DNA of 62,641 nt, counting the filler, from Chiloscyllium plagiosum (lineage: Eukaryota), in assembly GCF_004010195.1 (NCBI RefSeq). It is 4 parts of one record of this genome, joined end to end, with 100 filler letters (N's around TTAATTAATTAA, not from the genome) between each part and the next. Parts side by side here need not be neighbours in the genome. Positions count along the whole stretch, not along the records: positions 1 to 17,733 come from NC_057713.1; positions 17,834 to 37,937 come from NC_057713.1; 2 more parts are not named here. One strand, given 5' to 3'. Of the stretch, positions 13,895 through 25,907 are shown one piece after another; the stretch's first letter is position 1, and each line of letters starts with the position of its first letter. A model generated the notes under the pieces. The model saw nothing but the letters and a program-made list of their open reading frames with translations. It ran no database searches and was not told the DNA's origin. A program made the translations under genes and the position numbers.

Positions 13895-14851
13895 ATGAAA
13901 GGGTTATCAAGCAACCGAGGCCAACATCATGCAACTAACTGTGACCCTTTGTGTGATACGTTGACCCACCACCAGGAAAGGAAGCCATACATTCTCAATC
14001 CAGTTGACTCCCACCATGACGATCATTCCTATTGCCCCCAGAGGAACTCCTTTCACTCAGAGTGCACGGTTCCATTCAGTGATCAAATATCTAGTAGTAC
14101 TTTTCCCAGAAGACATTACAGTTCACAACATGACCTTAAGGAAGAATGCGCCCTGGTGCCTGCACCTTCATCCAATAAAACCAATCGCATCCCTGCCAAC
14201 CTTCTGGACCAATTTGAGAGGCAACTTCCAATCCGCCGGGATGGGTTCCACACATTACAATATAAGCGGTCAGCCCTGGAACACCGAAGTGAAAGCCCAG
14301 GAAGAATCCGCCACCTGGTTCACTCAGTGCAAAAGCTGTTTACCAAGTCACATTCTCTCGAAGGACCTTCCAAAGGAAATATAAATGGTAATAAAGCAAG
14401 TCCTGATGAAATGCATGCGACGAAACGTGGCAAGCGCAGCAAAAGCAAAGATAGGAAGTCGGAACTGAAAAACAAATCTAATATTTCAGGGTGGTGGAGT
14501 TCAGAAGATAACTTGGATGGTGATGTATGTATTTATCATGGCCCAACAAATGTGATGACTATGGGTCGTTGTCCTGACCGTTCAACATCTCAGTACTTCA
14601 TGGAAGCTTATAATACTATCAGTGAACAGACGTTAAAAACTTCCAGAAGCAATAATGACATGAAATGCACAACTTGTGTAAACATCCCACTGAACGTTGA
14701 TGCACAAATCATGAAGAAGAGTTCGTGGTCTTCAACATTAACAGTGAGCCGAGCCCATGAGGTTTATCAGAAATCCTCAATGAATCTTGATAATAAAACG
14801 GTCATGAAATCGGAGTCGTGCCAGAAAGAACGTTCATGCCAGTATCTCCAG
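13895..14851 (+). CDS. DLGAP1: Disks large-associated protein 1 (GKAP/SAPAP1), first large coding exon (319 codons; the gene continues outside this contig)
   Basis: The translation MKGLSSNRGQHH...RKPYIL...SSTFPRRHY...NRIPANLLDQFERQLP...RSESPGRIRHLVHSVQKLFTKSHSLEGPSK...GWWSSEDNLD...MTMGRCPDRS...ERSCQYLQ matches the vertebrate DLGAP1 N-terminus as I recall it. Acceptor tttgtcactttacag| ends at 13823 (exon starts 13824). Donor CAG|gtatgc follows 14851 (phase 0, 957 coding nt). Confidence 0.95.
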
Positions 14852-15269
14852 GTATGCATCCAGTGTATAGCAATATCGAAGCACATTGCTGCTACAAATA
14901 TTGTGTACACATTATTAATATGTTTATACATATGTACAATAGCTATGATTTGTGGACTGTGTTGGAAACAGCAAAATATTACTAGCACATCAAAATAAGA
15001 AAGATTTCAGATTCCAATTTATTACACTGGAAAGAAAAGCTTCATTGGGCATTGGAGTTATAAAAAGTCTTTAACAAATTAACCTTCATGAAGATTGAGA
15101 AGTTCAAATTAGCAGAGTTAGCCACAAAGAATTGATACCATGTATTTGGGACTGTTTCCAAGATGACAGTTTTTTTTAACTAGGGATGAGCTATTTTGGA
15201 TCTATTGATGTGTAATGATGCAGATTTAATAAATGATCTCAGAATAAAAGGTCCCCATTAATGCAGTGA

Positions 15270-16880
15270 CTGTAATGTTGTAAAATTTGGTATCCAGTTT
15301 AAGAGGGACAAACATGAGCCAAGAATACTAAACCTAAGTAAGGGTAGTTACAAAGTTAACGAAGGCAGAGTTGACTGGAGTGGACTGGGAAGTTTCCGCG
15401 GCAAAGGTGGTTGAAGAACAATGACATTTGAGAAATAGTTCATGGTTCACAGCAAAGATATATCCCAATCAGGAAGAAGGATTCAAGAAAGGGGTTAAGA
15501 CAACTATGGTTAACCAGGAAAGTTAAGGATAGCATCAGATTAAAAGCAAGTATGCCCAATATGGCAAAAATTAGTGGTAAGCCACTGAATTGGAAAATTT
15601 TAAAAACCAACAAAAGATTACCAAAAATAAAGGAGAAAATAAACTTTGAGGGTAAACTTGCAAGTAATGTCAAGGAAGAGAGTAAGAGCTTCTTTAGACA
15701 TATAAAAAGATGTGAGGCCAAAGTGAAACAGTCCAAGTAGAGAATAAGGTAATAATCATGGGGAACCAGGAAGTGGTTGAATAAATAGGTAAAATAAATA
15801 TGTTAAATAAATACTTTGCATCAATATTCACAGTAGAAGACATGAACAGCATTCCAAATATACTAAATAATCAAGGGGCAAAACGTGGTGGGACAGGGCA
15901 GAAGAAATAAACGGTTGAGAGTGTGGGGTGCTGGAGAAGCACAGCAGGTCAGGCAGCATCTGAGGAGCAGAAAAATAACATTCAGGCAAAAGCCCTTCAT
16001 CAAGAACGTCATTTTCCTTCAATGTCGATTTTCCTGCTCCTCAGATGCTGTCTGACCTGCTGTGCTTTTCCAGCACTACACTCTCAACTCTAATCTCCAG
16101 CATCTGCAGTCCTCACTTTTGCCTAGAAGAAATAAACATAATAGCTATCACTGGAGAAAATAAATTAGGGAAAGCAACAGTACTAAAAGCTGTTATGCAC
16201 CCTGCAGCTGGTGAGATGTTGGTGAGATAGAAAGGAAATTATGACAGAAATAACGGATGCACTCATTGTAATCTTCCATGCATCCTTAGATTCTGGAATA
16301 GTACTGGAGGATTGGAAAACCACCTTTATTCAAAAAGGGTAAGAGACCAAGAATAGCTAACTATAGGCCAGTTAGCTTAACATCTGTTGTTGGGAAAATG
16401 TTAGAGTTAATTATAAAGCTATAATAGCAAAGCATTTAGAAATTCATCAAAAAGTAAGCAGTAAACGTGGCTTCATAAACCATGCTTGACAAGTTTATTA
16501 GAATTATTTGAAGAAGTAACAAGCAATACAGATAGAAGTGGAGCAGGAGAGATAATATATTTGGATTTATAGAAGGCATTTAATATAAACCCACACATTA
16601 GGCTGCTCAATAAGATAAGAGTCAATGGTATTGGAGATAGCATTTAAACATGGATAGAGGATTGGCTAACTAGTAGAAAGTAGAATGTTGGGATAAGGCG
16701 AATATTTTCAGGATTGCAATCTGTAACAAGTGGGAGTGCCACAGTAATATAATATAAAAGCAAAGCATTCAGAAATGCATAAAAAAATCAAGCAGAGTCA
16801 ATGTGGCTTCATGAAGGGGAAATGATATCTGACAATGTTATTGCAATTCTTTGAGGAGGTAACAAACAGAATATGTAAAG
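15270..16880 (+). mobile_element. Old CR1-clade LINE fragment (linker and RT region)
   Basis: Decayed motifs LNKYFASIFT, EDWK, NYRPVSLTSVVGKML, HGF..CLT.LLE.FEEVT and YLD..KAF. Interrupted by a family A element at 15913-16124. Confidence 0.75.
15913..16124 (+). mobile_element. Palindromic PLE terminal-repeat mini-element, family A (older copy)
   Basis: Inverted arms are homologous to 3890-4120. TSD agaagaaataaac at 15900-15912 and 16125-16137. Confidence 0.8.
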
Positions 16881-17167
16881 TGTAACCAGCAGATATAAAC
16901 ATTCAAAAATACATACTGCAGATACTAGAAATCTGAAAGAAGCACAGAAAATACTGGAGAGACACAACACATCTGGCAGCACCTGTGGAGAGAGAAACAG
17001 CGTTCACATTTTGAGTTTGGTATGATCCTTCTTCAAAACTGACCATTCTAAATATGTTGTCCTTTTTCAATGACATTGGAACCAGTCAAGAGAAGGTTCA
17101 CTAGATTGATTCCAGATATGGAGGATGTTGTTTGATTGAGGAGAAGTTAAATAGGCTGTGGTTGTAC

Positions 17168-17733
17168 TCATAAAGTCATAGAGATGTACAGCATGGAAAC
17201 AGACCTTCGGTCTAACCTGTCCATGCCAACCAGATATCCGAACCCAATATAGTCCCACCTGCCAGCACCCGGCCGATATCCCTTCAAACCCTTCCTATTG
17301 ATATACACATCCAAATGCCTCTTAAATGTTGCAATTGTACCAGCCTCCACCACATCCTCTGGCAGCTCATTCCATACACGTACCACCCTCTGTGTGAAAA
17401 AGTTGCCCCTTCGGTCTCTTTTATATCTTTCCCCTCTCACCCTAAACCTATGCCCTCTTGTTCTGGACTCCCTGACTCCATTGTCTATTTTACCATATCC
17501 ATGCCCCTCATAATTTTTAAATCTCTATAAGGTCACCCCTCAGCCTCTGAAGCTCCAGGGAAAACAGCCCCAGCCTGTTCAACCTCTCCCTATAGCTCAA
17601 ATCCTCCAACCCTGGCAACGTACTTGTAAATCTTTTCTGAACCCTTTCAAGTTTCACAACATCTTTACGATAGGAAGGAGACCAGAATTGCATGCAATAT
17701 TCCAACAGTGGCCTAACCAATGTCCTGTACAGC
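17168..17733 (-). mobile_element. CR1-clade (HER1-like) LINE 3' end
   Basis: ORFs VRPLLEYCMQFWSPSYRKDVVKLERVQKRF and RGNFFTQRVVRVWNELPE. The 3' tail is ctctatgactttatga on the minus strand. Confidence 0.9.
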
Positions 17734-17833
17734 NNNNNNNNNNNNNNNNNNNNNNNNNNNNNNNNNNNNNNNNNNNNTTAATTAATTAANNNNNNNNNNN
17801 NNNNNNNNNNNNNNNNNNNNNNNNNNNNNNNNN
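17734..17833. other. Artificial scaffold or concatenation spacer
   Basis: 44 N + TTAATTAATTAA (stop codons in all six frames) + 44 N, exactly 100 nt. It recurs identically twice more. Confidence 0.9.
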
Positions 17834-18825
17834 CACACCTCCATGCTGTCCTCTATACAGATTCATCCCCTGCACAGTGTGATACTCTGACTAGTGGCAT
17901 GGTGAATGCCTGTCACTCTGCACTAACCACTGAGATAAACCTGACAGCCCACAAGTAAACACAAAGTGAATGAGCCTTTAGAAAGTTAGCTCAGAGCTTG
18001 ATGATAGCATCCTATGTCGCTGCATGAAATGTGCGCATTCCCCTGACTGTGAACCAACCTGGCAGAAGCAGGTACGACATCATTGTCTCTGAGCTCCACA
18101 GTGAAGGGTGAGTTAATCTGAAAGCAGCCAGAATGATGTGGTGATGCTGGATTTGGTGATGCCCACACACACCGACAGAGTGTGGGAGAGGACAGTGTTG
18201 ATGGAGCATGCAGTGAAATGGTGCTGATGGTGGAGATGGATGAAGACCTGGAGAAGCAAACAGTGAGCTCCTACCTCCAGGTAACTGCCCAGGCTTTCCT
18301 GTTGGGAACTGGCACCATCTGGTTTCCATAGGAACTGAAGGAAGGATTAGAATCTCCATCGAAATGAGGCAAGACCAGCTCCTAATGAGATAGAACAGCA
18401 TGAAAATGAAGTGGTTACCCCTCACTAGTGAGATTCAGAATTCCCTGTTTAAACCAGAAAGGGGGAAATTGGAAATACCTTTCACAACAAAATCTAATGC
18501 TTTCATTCTTGCCATATTTCCCCAACTTTCTTGTCTTTGCTCATGTCACTCAAGGCAGCAGAAAATTCAACTCCATAAAAATTATTAACAATTTTCCTTT
18601 TAATCTACTTACAGGATTGAGGATCCCATGGTCGCCCATACCTGAGTGCTTTCGATGCTGGTCATCCTGTAGGACCCAGAGAAGATCTATCGACTTCCTG
18701 TCGGACCCACGTGGACACCAGAACCATCATCTGACCCCTGAACCCGCAGCGTCCTGACTTCGACACGGAATGGAATCGGCCCTGTCAGTGAATTACAATC
18801 CCGCCGGTGTGGAAACAGGCCCATC

Positions 18826-19006
18826 AGCCCAACAGGTGCTTACCGCCCTTCCGAAGAATAACCCACCCAGACCCATTCTCCTATCCCTATTTACCCCTGA
18901 CTAATGCACCTAACCTACATATCCCTGAACAATGGGATGGGCAATTTTACATGGACAATTCACCGAACCTGCACATCTTCAGATTGTGGGAGGAAACCAG
19001 AGCACC
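18826..19006 (-). mobile_element. HE1-like SINE, 3' part (cut by a gap)
   Basis: Reverse complement of the ggtttcctcccaca...tgtgcaggt...gtgaatt core and tail seen at 32922-33243. Confidence 0.75.
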
Positions 19007-19431
19007 NNNNNNNNNNNNNNNNNNNNNNNNNNNNNNNNNNNNNNNNNNNNNNNNNNNNNNNNNNNTTAATTACTTTATTACTTTGTACAGGTTTGAGTTA
19101 AATTACTTCCTGATACCTCTCTGCTATAGTCTTTTTTTAAGAAAAACCAATTAATTGATAAACAGTACTTAGTAAGGGGGTTAGAGGAGGAGGGCGGCTG
19201 GGAGACACTACGGTTGTAGAGTCTCGGGTTTAGCCGCCTTCCTGATTTATATACTCACTGCTTTCCTTCCCGGCTGCCCCTCTGGTCGTCATCACTTCCC
19301 CCTGTTGCTCCCGCTCTTTCTCTGAAGAGAAAAAAAAACACCGCTGCCCGCTACCGGTAAGTAATTTTAAAACAAACTGTCTTACCTTAGCTGTAGCCTA
19401 CTAGTTTCGTTTAAATGAGCTGCTGCTCGCA

Positions 19432-19798
19432 CATCACCATCGGTGCTAATGACATAGGAATTGTAGCTGTACTACTACAAGAAGATGAGGATGGGATTGA
19501 ATAGCTAGTTGGTTACTTTTCGAAGAAACTCAACATCCACCAGAGGAAATACTCCACAATCGGAAAGGAACTATTGAGTTTGATATTGGCCTCAGAATAT
19601 TTTAATGTATATGTCACGAACAATGTATCGGAGACAGTTGTGTACACAGATCGCAATTCTCTTACATTCTTGGAATGCTTTAAAGACAAGACTATGAGAC
19701 TATTTCATTGGAGTCTTATGTTACAGACTTTTAATTTACAAATCGTACATGTTGCAGATCGTGAGAATGTAATCGCCGATGCGTTATCACGGATTTAA
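19432..19798 (+). mobile_element. Ty3/Gypsy-type RNase H at the C-terminus of pol (Gmr1-like domain order)
   Basis: The translation DIGI.AVLLQED...GYFSKKLN.HQRKYSTI.KELL...VYTD...L..W.L.LQ.FN..I.HV...ENVIADALSRI* ends in a stop with no integrase before the PPT and LTR. Confidence 0.8.
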
Positions 19799-19972
19799 CT
19801 GACAAGGTATAGATGAAATTGATATCTAGTCAATGTTATATATATGTGGGAAGAAGTTAATATGGACTTAGATAAAAATCATTTGTACATCATGGTAACA
19901 TGGTTAAGGAATAGAGAAAAAAATGAAGCCATCTTTTCATTATGATAGTTCACTTTTTCTTAAGGGGAGAGG

Positions 19973-20695
19973 TGTTATGAAGGTGTAAATACGTATTGTA
20001 CTTTTAAGAGAGAGAGGAAACTGGCAAGGATCTAGAGAGGCACAGAGTGTGCTGAGCAATTTAAAAATATAAAATTTGGTGAATTCAAATAGCAGGTGCT
20101 GTGTTGCCATGGTACAAAACAAATTCAAATTTGGCCAACCGGTTTAAATTATGTCCCAGAGACCAAAATCCAATCAAATTTTAATTTAATGTTTTGATGA
20201 CATCAAACCAATGAAATGATCTGATGTTTTTGGGTATAAAATCGGACATTTTGAACAGTTAGAAGGTAAACAGCAAAAAGCAGCCAAGCAAGCACCAACA
20301 TAAGGCCAGCCATATAACTCTATGAAAGGTACTTGTCCATAAGAAATTTGTGCAGCAGAGGACCAAAGCCAGCTTAGAGAAATCTACAGAGAAAGTTCAA
20401 TATCCGAAGATGACAGCTGGGTTTGAAAGTGATTTGCCATAAATTAAAGAGGAAATTTATCAGACCAGTATTGTAGAGTGGGAGGTAAAAGATAGGTTTA
20501 AGAGAAAGGAATCATAAATAGTTGTTGATTAATATTCTCTTTTGGACTTAAAGAACAAAACTGTTATTTTTTACTTTACATAGTGAAATCTGGGATAATT
20601 CTTTGTCTCTTGAAATGTAACAGAATACAGCACGAAGTGAGTGTTTCTGTGTGTAGGTTTTAAATTAGTAGAGGAGTTTATCCCATGTCATAACA
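19973..20695 (+). mobile_element. 3' LTR of the Gypsy/Gmr1-like element
   Basis: Polypurine tract aaggggagagg at 19962-19972. Terminal inverted repeats TGTTATGA...TCATAACA. TATA-like gtataaaat near 20234. Confidence 0.8.
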
Positions 20696-22379
20696 CTTTC
20701 CTATAACAGGGTGACCAATACGGTACACAATACTCCAAGTATGGCATCACCAACAACTTATACAACTGGAACATAACATCTATACAAACAACTCCCATAC
20801 ATCTTCTATACTCTGTGCCTCAACCAATGAAGGCCAGCATGCTAAATGCATTCTTCGCCACCATGGCTCCCTGTGACACTGCTTTCAAAGTACTCCTTGT
20901 ACTCCCAGGCCCCTCTGTTGCAAAACACTCCTCAGGACCTTATTAACTACTTTGGTTTGACTTTCCAAAGTGCAACACCTCGCACCTATCTGTATTGAAT
21001 TGCATTTGCCAATCCTCACCCCAGTTCCCCATCTGATCAAAATCCCTCTGTAATTTTTGATAATCTTCCTTGCTATCAACGATACTTCCTAATTTTGTAT
21101 CATTCACAAACTTACTAATCATGCCTTGTACATTTACATTCAGATTATTTGTATTAATAACAAATAATAAAGGTCCCAGCACCGACCCCTGTGGCACACT
21201 AGTCAGAGACCTCCAGTCCAAGAAACAACCTTCAACCATCATCCTTTGCTTCCTACCATGGATGTCCTTGGATCCCATGCAACTTAATCTTCATGACTAG
21301 CCTTCTGTGTGAGACCTTGTCAAAGGCCTTATTAAAGTCAAAATAGACAACATTCACTGTTCTACTCTCATCTGTCCTCTTGGTTTCCTCTTTGAAAAAC
21401 TCTGAAAGATATGTCAGACATGACTTCCTGCACACAAGTCCATGCTGACCATTCCTAATCAGACCTTGACTATCCAAATGTTGGTTGATCCTGTCCCTCG
21501 GTATCCTCTCCAACAACTGATGTTAGGCTCACTAGCCTGTTGTTCCCTGGCTTCTCTTTGTTATTTTTCTTAAACAATGTAACAACAATAGCCACCCTCC
21601 AGTCTTCCAGAACCTGACCATGAGCTAAAGATGAAGCTAAAATCTCTGTAAGGTACTCTGCAATTTCTTTTCTCCCACAATGTCTGAGGATGAACTTGAT
21701 CAGGCCCAGGGGAGTTATGCACCTTAATGAGCTTTAAGGCTACAAGCACCTCCTCTTTGGTAATATGTATGTGGTCCAAAACATGCCCATTTGTTTCCTT
21801 CATTTCCTTAGCATCCATGATTCTATCCTCAGTAAACACTGAGGAGAAATATTCATAAACATCTCCCCCATCATCTGTGACTCCACACATAGACAGCCAA
21901 GCTGATCTTTAAGGGGAATTATTCTCTCCCTAGCCACCTTTTTATTCTTAACACAGCTCTAGAACCTCTTGGGATTATCTTTAATCTTATCTGCCAGGTC
22001 CATCTCATACCCTCTTTTTGCTCTTCTGATTTCCCTCTTAAGTATGCTCCTACACTTTCTCTTGTCAGCTAGGGATTCACTTGAATCCGATAGCATAAAC
22101 CCAATGTGTGCCTTTGTCTTTGTCCTGACCAAAGCATCGATATCCCTCATTAGCCAGAGCTCCCTAAACCTGCCAGCTTTTCCCTTCACCCTAACAGAGG
22201 CATACTGTCCCTGGACTCTTGACATCACACATTTAAAAGGCTGCCATTTGCCAGTTGTTCCTTTTCCTTCAAACAAAGCCAATCGACCTCTGCTAGATCC
22301 TTCCTAACGGTCCCAAAGTTGTCCCTGCTCCAGTTTAGCCTCTTAACCTGTGAACCTGTCCTTTCTTTATTTATAAGTA

Positions 22380-24806
22380 CAGGTAGTTCTTCTATAATGC
22401 GATGGTTACATCTTTATGTAACTCCATGTTGGAGAAATATCGTGCTTTAGAAACTGCACTTAAAGTCTTGGCAATGTAATTGCATTACAGCCAACACACA
22501 TTTTAAAAGTTTGTACTTTAGAAACAGTGTCCCCAATTCATCAGTCGTGTTACAGCAAATTTGCATGAACAAAATGCTAATTCTGTTATAGCAGAATGAA
22601 GAAAAAGAAGGAAGCATATGTAAGGTATAGACAGGATAGATCGAGTGAATCCTTAGAAGAGTATATAGCAGGAGGAGTATACTTAAGAGGGAAATCAGGA
22701 GGGCCAAAAGATAGCTTTGGCAAATAGAGTTCAGAAGAATCCAAAGGGTTTTTACAAATACATTAAGGACAAAAGAGTAATTAGGGAGAGAATAGGGCCC
22801 CTCAAAGATCAGCAAGGTGACCTTTGAATGGAGCCTCAGGAGATGGGGGAGATATTAAACGAGTATTTTGCATTATTGTTTACTGTGGAAAAGGACATGG
22901 AAGATATAGAATGCAGGGAAATAGATGGTGACATCTTGAAAAATGTCCATATTACAGAGGAGGAAGTGCTGGATGTCTTGAAATGCATAAAAGTGAATAA
23001 ATCCCCAGGACCTAGTCAGGTATGCCATAGAACTCTGTGGGAAGCTAGGAAACTGATTGCTGGGCCTCTTGCTGAGATATTTGTATCATCGAAATTCACA
23101 GGTGAGGTGCCGGAAGACTGGAGGTTGCCTAACATGGTGCCACTATTTAAGAAAGGTGGTAAGGAAAAGCCAGGGAACTATAGACCAGTGAGCCTGACAT
23201 CAATGGTGGGCAAGTTGTTGGAGGGAATCCTGAATGTCAGGATGTACATGTATTTGGAAAGGCAAGGACTGATTAGGGATAGTCAACGTGGCTTTGTGCG
23301 TGGGAAATCATGTCTCACAAACTTGATTGAGTTTATTGAAGAAGTAACAAAGAGGATTNNNNNNNNNNNNNNNNNNNNNNNNNNNNNNNNNNNNNNNNNN
23401 NNNNNNNNNNNNNNNNNNNNNNNNNNNNNNNNNNNNNNNNNNNNNNNNNNNNNNNNNNNNNNNNNNNNNNNNNNNNNNNNNNNNNNNNNNNNNNNNNNNN
23501 NNNNNNNNNNNNNNNNNNNNNNNNNNNNNNNNNNNNNNNNNNNNNNNNNNNNNNNNNNNNNNNNNNNNNNNNNNNNNNNNNNNNNNNNNNNNNNNNNNNN
23601 NNNNNNNNNNNNNNNNNNNNNNNNNNNNNNNNNNNNNNNNNNNNNNNNNNNNNNNNNNNNNNNNNNNNNNNNNNNNNNNNNNNNNNNNNNNNNNNNNNNN
23701 NNNNNNNNNNNNNNNNNNNNNNNNNNNNNNNNNNNNNNNNNNNNNNNNNNNNNNNNNNNNNNNNNNNNNNNNNNNNNNNNNNNNNNNNNNNNNNNNNNNN
23801 NNNNNNNNNNNNNNNNNNNNNNNNNNNNNNNNNNNNNNNNNNNNNNNNNNNNNNNNNNNNNNNNNNNNNNNNNNNNNNNNNNNNNNNNNNNNNNNNNNNN
23901 NNNNNNNNNNNNNNNNNNNNNNNNNNNNNNNNNNNNNNNNNNNNNNNNNNNNNNNNNNNNNNNNNNNNNNNNNNNNNNNNNNNNNNNNNNNNNNNNNNNN
24001 NNNNNNNNNNNNNNNNNNNNNNNNNNNNNNNNNNNNNNNNNNNNNNNNNNNNNNNNNNNNNNNNNNNNNNNNNNNNNNNNNNNNNNNNNNNNNNNNNNNN
24101 NNNNNNNNNNNNNNNNNNNNNNNNNNNNNNNNNNNNNNNNNNNNNNNNNNNNNNNNNNNNNNNNNNNNNNNNNNNNNNNNNNNNNNNNNNNNNNNNNNNN
24201 NNNNNNNNNNNNNNNNNNTTGGGAGGTCGTGTTGTGGCTGTACAGGACATTGGTTAGGCCACTGTTGGAATTTTGCATGCAATTCTGGTCTCCTTCATAT
24301 CGGAAGGATGTTGTGAAACTTGAAAGTGTTCAGAAAAGATTTACAAGGATGTTGCTAGAGTTGGAGAATTTGAGCTATAGGGAGAGGCTGAATAGGCTGG
24401 TCCTGTTTTCCCTGGAGCATCGGAGGCTGAGGGGTTACCTTGTAGATGTTTATAAAATCATAGGTAAGGTAAATAGAAGTCTCTTCCCTGGGCTGGGAGA
24501 GTTCAGAACTAGAGGGCATAGGTTTAGGGTGAGAGGGGAAAGATATAAAAGAGACCTCAGGGGCAACCTTTTCAAACAGAGGGTGGTACGTGTATGGAAT
24601 AAGCTGCCAGAGGAAGTGTTGGATGCTGGTACAATTGCAACATTTAAGAGGCATCTGGATGGGTATATGAATAGGAAGGGTTTGGAGGGACATGGGCCGG
24701 GTGCTGGCAGGTGGGACTAGATTGGGTTGGGATAGCTGGTCGGCATGGACAGGTTGGATCGAAGGGTCTGTTTCCATGCTGTACATCACTATGACTCTAT
24801 GACCTG
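22380..24806. mobile_element. Tc1/mariner(pogo)-type MITE of about 225 bp, split by a CR1 insertion in its right TIR
   Basis: TA-flanked at 22378-79 and 24807-08. Left TIR CAGGTAGTTCTTCTATAA. The right TIR is reconstituted as TTATAGCAGAAT (22586-22597) plus GACCTG (24801-24806) and matches the left at 15 of 18 positions. Confidence 0.7.
22598..24800 (+). mobile_element. Younger 5'-truncated CR1 (HER1-like) LINE, RT region with an internal N gap
   Basis: ORF 22828-24720 contains KSPGP, EDWR, PGNYRPVSLTS, GKSCLTNL, LYRTLVRPLLE..QFWSP and RVVRVWNKLP. The 3' tail is ctatgactctatga. Confidence 0.9.
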
Positions 24807-25907
24807 TATGTTAAAACTAAGAGAGTTATGGTTACTGGACCCAAAGTGCTCCCGGATTTACACTTGCCTGACCTCATTTCCTAAGAGGCGGTCCAGTGCT
24901 GCACCCTTTCAGTTTGTCTTAAATGCTGTAGATATAGATCTCTTCATTTGAATCTACCATGAATTCTCACTCACAAAACCTTTCCGATTTGTCCTGCTAA
25001 TAAGACACTGAGACCGGAATTTGTGTGTTTTTCTTTGCATCATCTTAGTTGTACCTCTTGTGAGCTGATATTTGATCCGATGTGAGACCTTGTTTAATAT
25101 GGCAATAGAAACAACCATGAAAACAAGTTCTTAAACAAAGTGAGAAAAGAACAGTAGTTTATCTCTTGTTTTAATAATGGCCTATTCATTTGTATGAAAG
25201 TGAGTTGAAAAGGACGAGAGGGGAATATCTGGATCTCCTATTCTAGAATTAAGGACGCTATCACTGCACCACAAGTGCCCCGGCAATGCCCTGTACAATT
25301 TAATAAATTTCTTTAGTCTCAAAATCCAATCTTTTTGTAACAGATGCAAACACATTACTTGCCTTCTTAATTGATTGCTGTCCTTGGATGCTGATGTGCT
25401 TTGATTTATGATTCCCAAGTTCCTCTGAATGTAAACATTCCAGGTCTCTCATTATTCATTAAAAAAACTATTCTTTTTATTTTCTTACCAAAATTGTTAA
25501 CTTTACACTTGTCATGTTGTATTCCATCAGCCATATACTTAAAAACTCACCAAACCTGTTTGTATCCCTCTGCATCTTTGTTGTCTGCTTGGTTCACCAT
25601 TTAACATTATATCATCAATACACTTAAGTATGCTACACTTAATTTAAGTCATTAATATATATTGTAAGTGGCTCAAGCCTAATTACCAATATTTGCAGTA
25701 TATTGATAGTTATGATGAGACAGATTTTTAATAATGAAAGAACCGATGGTTTCAGGGATAAGGGAGGAAAGTTGAGTTGTTTAGATTAGCCATAATCTCA
25801 TGGAAAGGCAGAGAAGATACAATACGCAGAACAACCGACAACTTTTACATGGAACATAGAACATAACAGCGCAATACAGGCCCTTCGGCCCTCGATATTG
25901 CACCTCG

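Larger units (their letters stand above)
20696..24960 (-). mobile_element. Older CR1-clade LINE split by nested insertions (pieces 20696-22379 and about 24809-24960)
   Basis: Minus ORFs contain SVPQGSVLGPLLF, FDFNKAFDKVSH and SPGPDQVHP. The endonuclease sequence EHFGSSNHNSLSF at about 24810-24855 rejoins the sequence at 22379. Confidence 0.85.

Noticed and set aside
13871..14998. The 375-aa ORF as a complete protein
   Set aside because: It starts at TTG upstream of the real ATG (13895) and reads through the splice donor after 14851 into AT-rich intron.
16905..17045. Additional hammerhead-bearing terminal repeats (also near 13150-13250, 31945-32020, 51250-51450 and 52780-52860)
   Set aside because: They are probably old PLE terminal-repeat remnants, but the core boxes are too decayed to call.
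17778..17789. TTAATTAATTAA as a biological palindrome or regulatory site
   Set aside because: It is always centred in exactly 88 Ns and is a six-frame stop linker.
23283..24282. Long ORFs of 200-630 aa spanning N runs (also at 42189-42689 and 51393-52407)
   Set aside because: Their length comes from undetermined bases. Only the flanking CR1 parts are meaningful.
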